The position numbers were made by a program, and so were the translations under genes. From the NCBI RefSeq assembly GCF_001194135.2, contig NC_068987.1, positions 28,226,135 through 28,290,134 of the forward strand: 64,000 bases of DNA. Direction: 5' to 3'. A model generated the notes under the pieces. The model was not told where the DNA came from and made no database searches. It was given only the letters and a program-made list of their open reading frames with translations. Positions 28,045 to 40,945 of the stretch are shown here, in pieces. This DNA comes from Octopus bimaculoides. Its lineage: Eukaryota. Numbering within the stretch: position 1 is the first letter of the stretch; each line of letters begins with the position of its first letter.

Positions 28045-28080
28045 GCTGCTGCTGCTGCTGCTGCTGTTGTTGTTGTTGTT
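27985..28080. repeat. Compound trinucleotide microsatellite (ATT)10(GTT)10(GCT)7(GTT)5
   Basis: Read directly. It produces the poly-L and poly-N/S ORFs in the track. Confidence 0.97.
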
Positions 28081-28325
28081 AAAGCGGCAAGATGGCAAAA
28101 TCGTTAGCACACAGGACAAAATGGTTAGCGGCATTTCACCCGTCGCTACGTTCTGAGTTCAAATTTCACCGAGGTTGATATTGCCTTTCATTAATTCGAG
28201 ATCGTTGAAATAAGTACCAGTTACGTACTGGATTTTATGTAATCGACTAACCCCTCCCGCACAATTTCAGGCCTTGTGCCTACAGTAGAAAGGATTATTA
28301 TTATTATTATTATTATTAATATTAT
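28081..28325 (+). mobile_element. SINE family A copy with (ATT)n tail
   Basis: Family A body ending GGCCTTGTGCCTACAGTAGAAAGG(ATT)n. Confidence 0.9.
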
Positions 28326-29402
28326 TGATTTAAGCAAGACCAAAACTTAATTTCAGTGATAAAATCGAAACCAAAGTGTTTAGTCAATTTGTGCATCATA
28401 TAACTCGTGTGCTCTTCGTCTGTGTTTAGATTGTAAATTTATTCAGTTAAAACTTTATTAAACACTATATATAATTACAATTAGAAAATGATATTGAACA
28501 GGAAAAGTAGATTTGTTCGTAAAGGAAAAATAACATAAAATAATGTTGGTTCAGATGTAAAGAGTGACAAACTGCGATTGCATATCTGCATGTGATACCA
28601 TATTGTTGAGAACTGCTCGCGATATATATTTTTTTAAGCAAGCAAACAGTTCCTCAAACATTGCTTAACATCTCAATTAAAATGAATTGTTCTTTGGAGG
28701 GAATATTATCAACGCAACTGAAAAAAGGAAAATACAACAAAATCAGATACAATTTTTTTTATGTAGCAAAGAAACAAAAACAAAATATTAGAAAATGTAA
28801 TAAATTGATTAGAAAATAGAGCTGAAAAATCTGTATATAGTAAACTACAAAAATTCAAAAACCCAAACAGCTCAAATTCATTTTTATTTGACATTTTGTT
28901 GGAAAAAAAAGAGAACAAAAAAGCCCACAAAAATCAATGTATTCTAATGAAATGTCTTTACGTTTTCTTCTTTAAGTCTTGCAACATTGTTAACTGTTAT
29001 TAAGGCAATTATTCAAAGAGTAATGAGAAATCGTTTTTACTTTTCAGAAAATAAATTAACATCATATACAACTATTTTTGTTGATTCAATGATTTTTCTT
29101 TCCAAAAATAGACTTAGAAAAATTTTGAAGAAGTGGAAGTTGGGAGACAGAAAGGAAACTTTCTTTTTGCAGTCCGATAAGTTCTGTATGCTATATATTT
29201 AATTTTAAAACAACATATTTCCCGATTTTCCAATATGTTATCTGCCAGTTTCCAGAAGCTGAGTTCATTTTTGAGTTTTATATATTGCTATGCAATGTGA
29301 GACATACAACATAGTTTAACTTCTGTGCACACACAGATAAATGAATACAGACCTTACATATTTTCTTATACAAGTAAATAATATTTATTCGTAATTGTCT
29401 AC

Positions 29403-29434
<32 letters not shown>

Positions 29435-30716
29435 ACACACTCTATAATAATTAAACGCACATAAACCATATAAATTCATATGAACATCATTTCCAGCTGC
29501 AAGTAATTTGTCAAAGCGTGCTTAACTTCTGGTTGAGTGTATGATACCTAAAAAATAATAAGAAAATAAAGCTAATTCGCGTATACGCGTGAGTTGAGGC
29601 GTGTGAGTTAGTGCATGCATATATTTGTATGTCTGTGAATGTCTATCTATTTATATATCCGTGTACACACGCACACACACACACCCATACACACATAAAG
29701 ACATAATCCATGGAGACACATACACACACATATATATGTAAAGGTAAGATTAAAGGATCAAGTTGTAGGAAGTTAGTAAGCTGCAAGCAGTCTGAAGGAG
29801 GTATAAAAAAAACATATGTGTACATATATATGAACATACACAGTGGACCATTAGAATCTTGAGAAATATGTAAAATTCCATATAATTAGTATTGAAGGTG
29901 CAATGTAAAGAAAAAAATCACTCTGAATGTTTTTATATTCTTACGTCTGCTACATTGAGTTGTGTGTTATTTATCAATTTATAACAATGTGTTTAAGAAA
30001 AATACATGCAAATAAATGAATTAGATGAGCATCTACATACTTTTTGCGATTTTTTTTAGAAAGAACTATAGTATTACATATAAGACAAAAATAAATAGTG
30101 ACGGTAACAAATTTACCAGAGTTAATGTATAGATTCAAACATACATACACGCTCATACATAAAATAGTTGCCTATGCACGCTTGGTCTTGTAAGTGGTTA
30201 TAATATTCCTTTAGTTATAATTATAAAAGTTTATGTTGGGTCCTTACTTTTGGAAAAAATACTGTATTTCAAGAGCGAAGAGCGAAATCAGCAAATGCAC
30301 TGTCATTTTGTTGATCCAAGATTCAACCGACTCTTCAGTAGAGTAGACGTATATAAATGTTGATAGACTCTGTCGGTGATTACAACTAATCAGTGCTTCT
30401 GTTGACTACCGAGGCGCTCAACTGGACAAATATTTTGTGGAATGAGAGAAGAGGTCAATAATTCTTGGCGCGAATGCCGTGGGAGGTGTGGCCCGCGAAA
30501 CACATGGGTCCGGACACATACCAGAAGATATTTCGTCCCAAACTTGAAACGTCCCACAATTCATTAAAGTGGGGTATTTTCGTTTAAGCAATCTTTAAAA
30601 GTGAAAATTATAGCTGACATGGTTAGAAATTAACTCAGAACGAGAGGATCAGGTTTCATACTGCTAGGAATTCTCTGTCTTTCACTTGCTGCATATATAT
30701 ATATATATATATATAA

Positions 30717-30768
30717 CTCATTAGCTAGTTTCAGTTCGAGAGCTTCAGCCATGCTCGGATACTACAGT
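30717..30768 (-). mobile_element. SINE family B 3' tail fragment
   Basis: GTTTCAG...CAGCCATGCT resembles the reverse complement of the tail at 40550-40580 (ATGGCCGCAG..AATGACTGAAAC). Confidence 0.4.
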
Positions 30769-30832
30769 TATATATATGTAATTACACATGTGCTATTAGC
30801 GATTTCTTTTCTCTCTTTCGGTTTTCGCTTTC

Positions 30833-30871
30833 TTGTTTTCAACGAAGAGCTATGCTCGAAACGTCAAGCAG
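30833..30871 (+). ncRNA. Degenerate minimal hammerhead-ribozyme motif (Penelope-like element type)
   Basis: TTGTTT-TCAACGA-A-GAGC(TAT)GCTC-GAAAC-GTC-AAGCAG. Helix II hairpin is intact, the GAAAC/GTC core half is intact, and helix I pairing is possible. The CUGA box is mutated to UCAA. Confidence 0.5.
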
Positions 30872-30953
30872 TGTCTCTCCAAAGAGCGCCAAGCTAATAC
30901 ACTTCTTGTGCACGTCTTCTTGTCCGTTAATTTAATTCGCTTATTTGAACTGA

Positions 30954-30999
<46 letters not shown>

Positions 31000-31562
31000 N
31001 NNNNNNNNNNNNNNNNNNNNNNNNNNNNNNNNNNNNNNNNNNNNNNNNNNNNNNNNNNNNNNNNNNNNNNNNNNNNNNNNNNNNNNNNNNNNNNNNNNNN
31101 NNNNNNATATATTGTTGTACTTGGGAATGATCATTTGCAAAACAAATACATAAACGTGTTTGTGTGTAGTCGCGCGTGTCTGTGCGTGTGTTTATATAGA
31201 GGACACAACATACACTACTCCATAAATCAAAATTAGTTATATGCTACAAAAACACTAACATTCAAACCCTTTTATTGAATAATGGACCACAAACATTTTA
31301 ATCTTGTAACAAGTATGTTAATGACCAATGTGCTTTATGTACTTGAGTGCATAAACGTAAACGTCTTATACATCAGGTCTCCAGCAGTAATATTTGCTTA
31401 CAACTTACAAATCAACTAACGATATACAATTAATTTACAACATCTATCATCCATTTGCGAATGCACTAAATGATAGAACAATTTGATACAACTTGTAAAA
31501 AAAGCAGTAAAAGACGCATCTATTCCATTCTGGAAACCGCACAGATGATTTATAATGAATGT

Positions 31563-31670
31563 AATACTCATAACACCACGTAAGCTGAAGCAAGTATGCA
31601 TATAACAAGATNNNNNNNNNNAATACTCATAACACCACGTAAGCTGAAGCAAGTATGCATATAACAAGAT
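31563..31670. other. 49-bp exact duplication across a 10-N gap (probable unmerged contig overlap)
   Basis: 31563-31611 is identical to 31622-31670. Confidence 0.9.
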
Positions 31671-31970
31671 AATGACGAAGAAAATTGAAACTAACTGTTT
31701 GCTGCTGTATGAACAGAAGAGTATAAAACTAAAAAAAATCTACGAAATATCACCACTGCCTAATATAAAGCGGTTGCAAAAAGATCCAAGCCTGCTTCTC
31801 GCAAATAATGAAACTCTAAGGCCTAGAATCGTAAATGACTGATGTTTACATGTTTACGGCAATAACTTGCAAGGAAACCATAAAAATATATGAAATTCCT
31901 CAATATAAAGTAGACCAGTGGTGTTTTCACTCGATGTTAAATGAAAAGTTACACTTCTGAAAATTATCTA

Positions 31971-32006
<36 letters not shown>

Positions 32007-32014
<8 letters not shown>

Positions 32015-32110
32015 ATATTCACACACAATATACGCACACAATATATATATATATATATTGTGTGTGTATATTGTGTGTGTGTTTATTGTGTGTGTTTATT
32101 GTGTGTATAT
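32007..32110. repeat. Imperfect palindrome of (CACACAATA)-type units around a central (TA)n
   Basis: Left arm ACACACAATATTCACACACAATATACGCACACAATA is near-complementary to right arm TATTGTGTGTGTATATTGTGTGTGTGTTTATTGTGTGTGT. Confidence 0.8.
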
Positions 32111-32158
32111 ATATTTTTTGTGTGAATGCATGTATGTTTGTCTATCTATCTATATATC

Positions 32159-32198
<40 letters not shown>

Positions 32199-35100
32199 AA
32201 CAAACATATACCTACACTCAATATCTCTAACTCATACACACACCTTCATTTATAAAATTAACTGACTTGCATGAAGTATATGTTAGATTATTCTGTTCCT
32301 TAGAACTATTTTCGAATCAACATCATATTTATTTCAGAATTGTTCTTATGAATGAGTGTGAGCCCCCTCTCAACGTATGTGTGTATGTATATGTATGTGT
32401 GAATGTGTGTGTGCGAGAGAGAGAGGGAGAAAGAGAGAGATTGGGGGACCATTGAAGGATTTACGAGTATTTATTGGTGACGAATATTTTTCCTGACAGA
32501 ACTGCTATAAAATGCTGACAGATAGTAATGGTTCCGTTTTTCACTGCTAACATAACCAACTTTGCTTCTACCTTATTATATTGAATGAATCTTAGATATG
32601 TATTTTATTCACAACACAGAGATAAAATATAAACCCAACTGCAACACTATACGAAAGTACACATACGTACTATCGTGTATGACACCGCAAATTATTTATC
32701 TTTGTGCTCAGCGTTTTGCGTCATTTTACTTGCTTTCCTGTCACTCTTAATTATGGTTTTGCACTTCATCATAAAACCGCACAGTCTTGCAGTAGCGCAA
32801 GGAATCGCTGCCCCTCAATGATAACGATGATATTTTGCTAAAATGTACTGAAGTATGTCATATAGTCCACGATCCAACTCCTTGAGCATACGTGTGCTTT
32901 CTCGGGCTGCGTGTAACGGCAGTTAAATCTTATTCCAACCAGAACTAACTGTCTTTTCAAAAGGACATTTTTAGACATAATTACACTCAATTAAAAGACT
33001 GGATCGTCAAGTTAGGTTTTTTTTTTGCAAGATACTATATAACAACAGGAATATGTTTTCAGCTCCAGTAGATATGAATACAAGGTATTTTGTTGAACAT
33101 TCTAAACGTAATTGTCTGTTAATGTAATAAGAAGTCGTTAGTAGAAAAAAACTATAATTTAAGCCTTTTACTTTACAAGGTTTACTCTCTACACCCTATC
33201 CTCAAACACTGTCATGATTTCTTTAAGCCTTCATCACCATGATGTCGCAAAACAAGAAAAGAAAAACTTGTCAGCATCTATTGGGTTTGATCCAAGTGAC
33301 AGGCTACAGCATAACTGCAGTCTTATGATTGAAAGAGATAACTAGGTAGAAGAGAGACTTAGTTCAGCCTTGTTTGTGCTGCTTATTATCCAGAAGCATT
33401 CCATCCATGTGATACCATTTTTTCACGTTTTTCAAATAACAATGAGTGGTTGGATGAAGTTGCCTGCCATTTACTGCAGACGAAGACATTTGGTTTAATA
33501 TTGAATAGGTAGCTTGATTCTAGTAAGAATCTGTTGATAATATGACTAATTAATTTCAGTTATGTTTATCATTAGGGTCAGCATAAGTAGATCGTATAGA
33601 GGTCATCAGTTTATCTATGGAATGGACATCTAGAGCTAATATATTACAAGACTAATTTCAGTTATGTAATTCACAATAAATTTACTATCAGCTTTGCGTA
33701 AATCATTGATAGCTTATGTTCCTTACAGAAGTTCAAATACCTTCTTGTGTATGGCATTTAATTATAGGACACACATCTATGTGCTGCTCGTTTCAGGTTA
33801 TCCATTATGCGCTGTCAAAGGTTCAACGAAAACTTTGAAATGTTTAAAATGCTATCTCGTTTAAAGATCAAATAGAATAATTAGCTCAATTTTCAAAGTC
33901 AATAAGAAATATATATGACGTATATTAAGAGGAATCATTGGCATTTTCTTAATTGCAGTTATAGAAATCAGAACTATAACTTGTCATTTTTGATAAGATA
34001 AATATCAGTTATTTATTTAGTGAAGTACTTTACAAACGAGGGGAAATTGTGGCATTTTTTAGAAATATTTTTATTTACCTTTAAAACGTTTAACAGAATA
34101 TGTTAGTAAATTTTAAATAACATATCTTAGAAAAAGTTATCTATGAACAGCAATTAATGATTGCTGCTTAAGAATCCTGACAGCCACTACATGCCAATCA
34201 AGTTGAAGTTAAATTAAATATTCACATATTAACGTTATACTAATATTTTCTTTTTAATTTTATACATTTTGAAAATCTTTGCAGAAGAAACGTATTTTTA
34301 TAGAGAACAATTAATTTTGTTGGATTTTTAACATTCTTGAATTAACAGAATATTTTCTACAAAGTGTTTGATTAATGTAGCAGTTTTTACCAAGAATATT
34401 ATAGATTGCACAGCACAGAAATCCTGTTTCAGCCAAAAAAATTCGTGAGGATGTCGATTTTTTTCCAACAGAGAAAGGCATCCATAAACATCGCTGTTCA
34501 CTTTTAAAAACAGAATATTTATATGTGGTAGATAGTCTAACAACATTAATGAAAATCAATGAATGCTATAATATAATATATATTTATATTGCGATAGCTA
34601 ATGAGTTGGTGCATTTCTCATAACAACTTCTTACTAAAGTAATTCACACTTCAAATGTCAGAAGACGTTTCTCAAACCTTAATGAATTACTGAATTCTCT
34701 TTGAAAAGTTTGTCTTAATGCATTGAGATAGCCAAATCAACTGTCATGCTATTGAATGCATTTAGATACTGAACATATAACAATAAGTGAAATGAATTGT
34801 CTAAATTGTAAATCGAATATCTTATGAATCCAATGTCAAATTAGTTCATACACATCTCCTACCAAACTCTTTACCTCTTATATATATTGACTATGAAAAA
34901 TTCACTTTCAATATGGCTTTAAATTGTATAATCGATATATCGAAGTTACATAACGTATGGTGTGACTGTAGAGTGTAAATTCAGAAATATGATGTATGAT
35001 TGAAGTTTATTTTACAATCGTAACGCGTTGTCGAATAATGTTTCTCTCTCTTTATATACATCATATTCTTCATTACGCACCATTTTAACTAGGTGCCATC

Positions 35101-36910
35101 ACATATATTTATATCGATATAAATGTAATGTATCGAAGAAAGGATAGCATTTTCATTCTTTCACAAAAACGATGCAAGTATAAATTCAAATATTGGATGA
35201 GGAAAGCCTTGAATCAAATATAATTGATATACTTTATGGATGTTGGGGAGGTACTGACGAATTTATTGCTTAATTAAAGATATTGATTTTGCATAATTTT
35301 CTCCCATATGGACATTTACCAATCCGTTTATGAAATGAAATATTTTTATCAAATTAACCACAGTTGTAGAACTATTATTTCTTACTGTTAACTTAATTAA
35401 TTTAGTCAATGAATATATCATAATGGGTGCAGAAGTGTTAAATAAAGAGAGCAACGTTTTAATTGCCTCAGGGAGGCAAGTATAAGAACTGAAAACTCTG
35501 CGACCAATTAAATTTATGGAGTATACTGATTTGAAGTAGCTTTGTTATTCATTTTGGATACAATATTATTGAAATAGAGTCTTGAATATCATGTGCATTT
35601 GCAAAACGGGTTCGATTCTTTGAGGAGGAAACAAATGGTAATCCACTAATTACCTTTTTAATAAACATGATTGTCAAAAATGCAAAAGAATGTATTATTT
35701 TGTGAATGCTTACTATTGATTGAAGGCAATTCAGCAATTGATTTTAATCGTTAGTTATTACATATGTAGCAGTGATTTAAAGAAATGGTTACCTATGATT
35801 TAAATTCCATATTGACAAATATTAGGCTAATTAAAACATTAATGTATCACGAACTTATTCTGCCAGAATTATACTGTAAGAAGTATAAGGTGGGTCAGAT
35901 GGCTCAGCATTTCGAAAATAACTATACAGCGTTGTCCTTATGAACAATTTTAAGTGTCACAGCTAGAATATGGATACCATTTTTTGTAATGTCTATAGTA
36001 ATTAGTTATGTTTGTATTCTCTTATGAATAAATTATGAAATGATGGTGGAGCGAAAAATATGTGTAATAACTTCAGGATAACAAAACTGATCATTAGAAA
36101 ATATCAAAAATAAAAATTGACAGGATGGTAGTTGATCATCCATACATTTGGAGAAATATTTCCTCTATACTCAGGACACTAAAAATATTGAAAAATGTCA
36201 TTCAGACAAAATACTTGCCAGAAAAGTCACTGCACTTATGATTCCAAAATTTACGAACCCAAACATATACAGTTCATTCTGTGTTACTTCTAAATCCACT
36301 CTTTATCTCAATACAGCTTGTGGCAAAAATCATGCAAATTGTATACGGAATGATGTTGTATGTTATGTTTCTATATATCATTCGATGACACATATGCATT
36401 AAACTATAACTAGCGAAGTCTGTACTTTCATCGCTAAAAGGGATTAACATTAGAATATAAATGTTCATCATCTCTCGTAATAATAAGTGTAAAGGTATAT
36501 TGAAAAGAGTTTCATGAGTATAAATAAATTTGGTTAACATGAAAAATAGAAAGCAGCGGTATGTTGTGCTATAACCCCTGAAGAATACGGTAGATCGTCC
36601 AGCGTCAGATTTTATGACTTGTGAATTTCTTGTTATTTCAGACATCTAAGCGCACTGTCTTTTCGGAAAATTTGAAATAACAGCTATAATTCGAATTATC
36701 TTATTTGCTTGTCATTTTGATATTTTAAAACCCTGAAGGGAGTTATTGATTTTAACTGCAAAGATAATTACAATTCTTCGAATATTGTCAACTCCTACGT
36801 ACTTACATACATAAATACATCCACACATACACACTTACATGCATACAAAGATACATACATGCATGCATAAATAAATATATACATATATATATGCATGTAT
36901 GTATGTATGC

Positions 36911-36955
<45 letters not shown>

Positions 36956-37740
36956 CACACACACACGCACGCACGCACGCACGCACGCGCATTTAAATAA
37001 CAAAGGGTGCCAAATTGTTCTTTTCTTTGGATAAAAGAAAATCCAAGAGGATCTGTTACTTATGATCTTATTCAACGTATTCCTCTCTCAGATTCACACA
37101 CTTGTTGCAGCAGTCCCGATTTTCTGATCTCTATAAAAAAAAAAAGAAGTTGAAAGTTTGGGCCTGCAACCAAACCTTTCACGGACACCCTTAAAGCCAG
37201 GAATTTTTCAGCACCCACTTGTAGGTTCGTTCAGACGAGCGTGACTCTAAATAGCAAGAGAGCCATGAATTTCAGTGGTGGCTGATAGATATTAGATGAG
37301 GCATAAATTTCGTTGCTACTAAACACATCGTACCTTATGATGTAACAAGAAACTGGAACACCACTCCGCCACCTTTAGACGTTCTGGTAGCCGCTGAACA
37401 TTCCTGAATGCACTCTTAACTATGGACAGAGCATACGCAATAGATAAGGGTAGTCTGTATAGTTTTTCTTAATTACTTCTTCTAGTTCAATCTTATTATT
37501 AGATTTGGCTAAAAGAAACGAAATTGATATGCCATCAAATGATAAACAACCTTCTTTAAAACTAATGGCTGCCCGTCTTTTGGAAACAGACAGTGTGAAT
37601 AATCACATATGCACTCTTTCGTTTGTGAAACTTTGAACAATTCAGGTGTAAATTACAGAAAATTAATATCAATACTTTAACCTTAACTTCCCTACTTAAA
37701 CTGTCGCTACCTGTATTATAGCTTTTGCACCTCTCTTTCC

Positions 37741-37772
<32 letters not shown>

Positions 37773-38767
37773 CACTCTCTCTATCGATATATATATATAT
37801 ATATATANNNNNNNNNNNNNNNNNNNNNNNNNNNNNNNNNNNNNNNNNNNNNNNNNNNNNNNNNNNNNNNNNNNNNNNNNNNNNNNNNNNNNNNNNNNNN
37901 NNNNNNNNNNNNNNNNNNNNNNNNNNNNNNNNNNNNNNNNNNNNNNNNNNNNNNNNNNNNNNNNNNNNNNNNNNNNNNNNNNNNNNNNNNNNNNNNNNNN
38001 NNNNNNNNNNNNNNNNNNNNNNNNNNNNNNNNNNNNNNNNNNNNNNNNNNNNNNNNNNNNNNNNNNNNNNNNNNNNNNNNNNNNNNNNNNNNNNNNNNNN
38101 NNNNNNNNNNNNNNNNNNNNNNNNNNNNNNNNNNNNNNNNNNNNNNNNNNNNNNNNNNNNNNNNNNNNNNNNNNNNNNNNNNNNNNNNNNNNNNNNNNNN
38201 NNNNNNNNNNNNNNNNNNNNNNNNNNNNNNNNNNNNNNNNNNNNNNNNNNNNNNNNNNNNNNNNNNNNNNNNNNNNNNNNNNNNNNNNNNNNNNNNNNNN
38301 NNNNNNNNNNNNNNNNNNNNNNNNNNNNNNNNNNNNNNNNNNNNNNNNNNNNNNNNNNNNNNNNNNNNNNNNNNNNNNNNNNNNNNNNNNNNNNNNNNNN
38401 NNNNNNNNNNNNNNNNNNNNNNNNNNNNNNNNNNNNNNNNNNNNNNNNNNNNNNNNNNNNNNNNNNNNNNNNNNNNNNNNNNNNNNNNNNNNNNNNNNNN
38501 NNNNNNNNNNNNNNNNNNNNNNNNNNNNNNNNNNNNNNNNNNNNNNNNNNNNNNNNNNNNNNNNNNNNNNNNNNNNNNNNNNNNNNNNNNNNNNNNNNNN
38601 NNNNNNNNNNNNNNNNNNNNNNNNNNNNNNNNNNNNNNNNNNNNNNNNNNNNNNNNNNNNNNNNNNNNNNNNNNNNNNNNNNNNNNNNNNNNNNNNNNNN
38701 NNNNNNNNNNNNNNNNNNNNNNNNNNNNNNNNNNNNNNNNNNNNNNNNNNNNNNNNNNNNNNNNNNN

Positions 38768-38815
<48 letters not shown>

Positions 38816-39676
38816 GAGAGAGAGAGAGAGAGAGTTGTGCTCACAGAGAGACAGAGAGAGGGTGATGCGACTGCATTGTGAGGAATGAAAGAATGCTTAA
38901 TTTCTCTCAAAGGAAACGATTGATCGTGTACAAAACGGGTTAAAAATCCTGTTTGGTTCACGTCGTCTCTTTGATCTACTCTCGGAAATAAATATAGTTC
39001 ATATATGGCCACTAAATCTAGTGAGTCTGATTAATTCGATTCGTAGTAATTGGCACAGTTTAACGGTGATTCCTCTTGGCTGCGATAGAAGGGTTTGTTA
39101 GCCTAAAACCTAGGATTTAGCCTGAAAAGGAGATACGTTTGGTGCATAATTCAGAAATAAATTCCAAGAAATTTCTATCTATCCACAGAAATAATTGTGT
39201 GTATGTGTGTGTACATGCATGCGTTCGTATGTGTGTGTGCGTGTGTGAGCGTATGTGTGTGTGTGCATGGGCCCATGTTCATGACGATGAACAGTTTACG
39301 TTTATCCTCATAGGTGAGAAACACAAGATAAATCTTGGATTCTAATGCATAGAAGCAAAGGGAATGGATGATAAGTACATTGGAAACAAGAAACGCACCG
39401 TTGTACGTTGGAGAATAATGGACAGATGCTAGTACCGATGAATCATCGTCACTAGTGTTTGTCCATCTCCTGATGAGGCTGCATCGGCATATCATACTTT
39501 ATATGTGCGTGTGTGTATGTATATGTGCACTTTTGCATGTTTTTGCAGTTTTAATAAAAGCATATTATTCTGTCTTCGGTATTCGAGAACTAATTTTTTC
39601 CACATTGTTTCGCATTTATGTGCTTACTCTTGTACATTGGTATATGTATTTATGTATGTAAATATATATGTATGTG

Positions 39677-40583
39677 CAGGTGTAGGTACGTGGTTAGATG
39701 TATGGTTCCTAGGCATATGGCTCTAGGTTCATTCCTACTGCGTGGCGCCTTGGGCAACAATCTTCTGCTATAACCTCAAGCTGACCAAATATTTCTGAGT
39801 AGATTCTATACATGGAAACTGAAAGTGGTCCGTCGTATGTATGTATGCATGCATACGTGCATGTATATATGTATGTATGTATGTGTGTATGTATGTATGT
39901 ATGTATCTATCTATATATATATGTGTGTATGTGTATATATATATANNNNNNNNNNNNNNNNNNNNNNNNNNNNNNNNNNNNNNNNNNNNNNNNNNNNNNN
40001 NNNNNNNNNNNNNNNNNNNNNNNNNNNNNNNNNNNNNNNNNNNNNNNNNNNNNNNNNNNNNNNNNNNNNNNNNNNNNNNNNNNNNNNNNNNNNNNNNNNN
40101 NNNNNNNNNNNNNNNNNNNNNNNNNNNNNNNNNNNNNNNNNNNNNNNNNNNNNNNNNNNNNNNNNNNNNNNNNNNNNNNNNNNNNNNNNNNNNNNNNNNN
40201 NNNNNNNNNNNNNNNNNNNNNNNNNNNNNNNNNNNNNNNNNNNNNNNNNNNNNNNNNNNNNNNNNNNNNNNNNNNNNNNNNNNNNNNNNNNNNNNNNNNN
40301 NNNNNNNNNNNNNNNNNNNNATATATATATATGTATACATACACACACACACACATCAATGTTTGTGTCTTTGTGCCTGTGTTTGACCCCAGCACCGCTT
40401 GACAACTGGTGTTGATGAGTTTATGTTCCCATACCTTAGCGATTCGGCAAAAGTAACCAATACAATAAGTACCAGGCTTAAAAAAAACTAATAATTACTG
40501 GGGGGGGGGGCGAATCATCCGCATTAAATTCTTCAAGGCGGTGAGACACCATGGCCGCAGTCTAATGACTGAAACAATTAAAA
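39677..40583 (+). mobile_element. SINE family B full-length copy with expanded internal microsatellite (spans a gap)
   Basis: tRNA-like head (GTGGTTAG...GGTTCATTCC), then CTGCGTGGCGCCTTGGGCAA and GGAAACTGAAAG, then a (TATG)/(TA)/(CA) tract with a gap, then CGCTTGACAAC...AATAAGTACC...ATGGCCGCAG..GACTGAAAC. Confidence 0.88.
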
Positions 40584-40849
40584 CACTCGCGCGCACGCAC
40601 ACATACAGAAACACACACATATGTATATATAAGGGTCTGTTTAGACACACACACTCACACACATACTCACTCACACACACACACAGATATATATAAATAT
40701 GTATGAGTGCATATATTATCTATTTGTAACTGTATATGTTTGTGTGCGTATCTGTGTGCTTATATCTATCTGTTTCTAAAGATTTCTTCAGATGGTTTCT
40801 AAATGAAAAGCAAGAAAGAAAGCCGGTAAATATAATAGATAAACAGACA

Positions 40850-40945
40850 GATTGACATTCAGACAGACAGACAAATAAACAGACAGACAGACAGATTGAC
40901 AGACAGACAAACAGACAGATAGATAGATAGATAGATAGATAGATG
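40850..40945. repeat. Compound (GACA)n(GATA)n tetranucleotide microsatellite
   Basis: Read directly. Confidence 0.9.
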
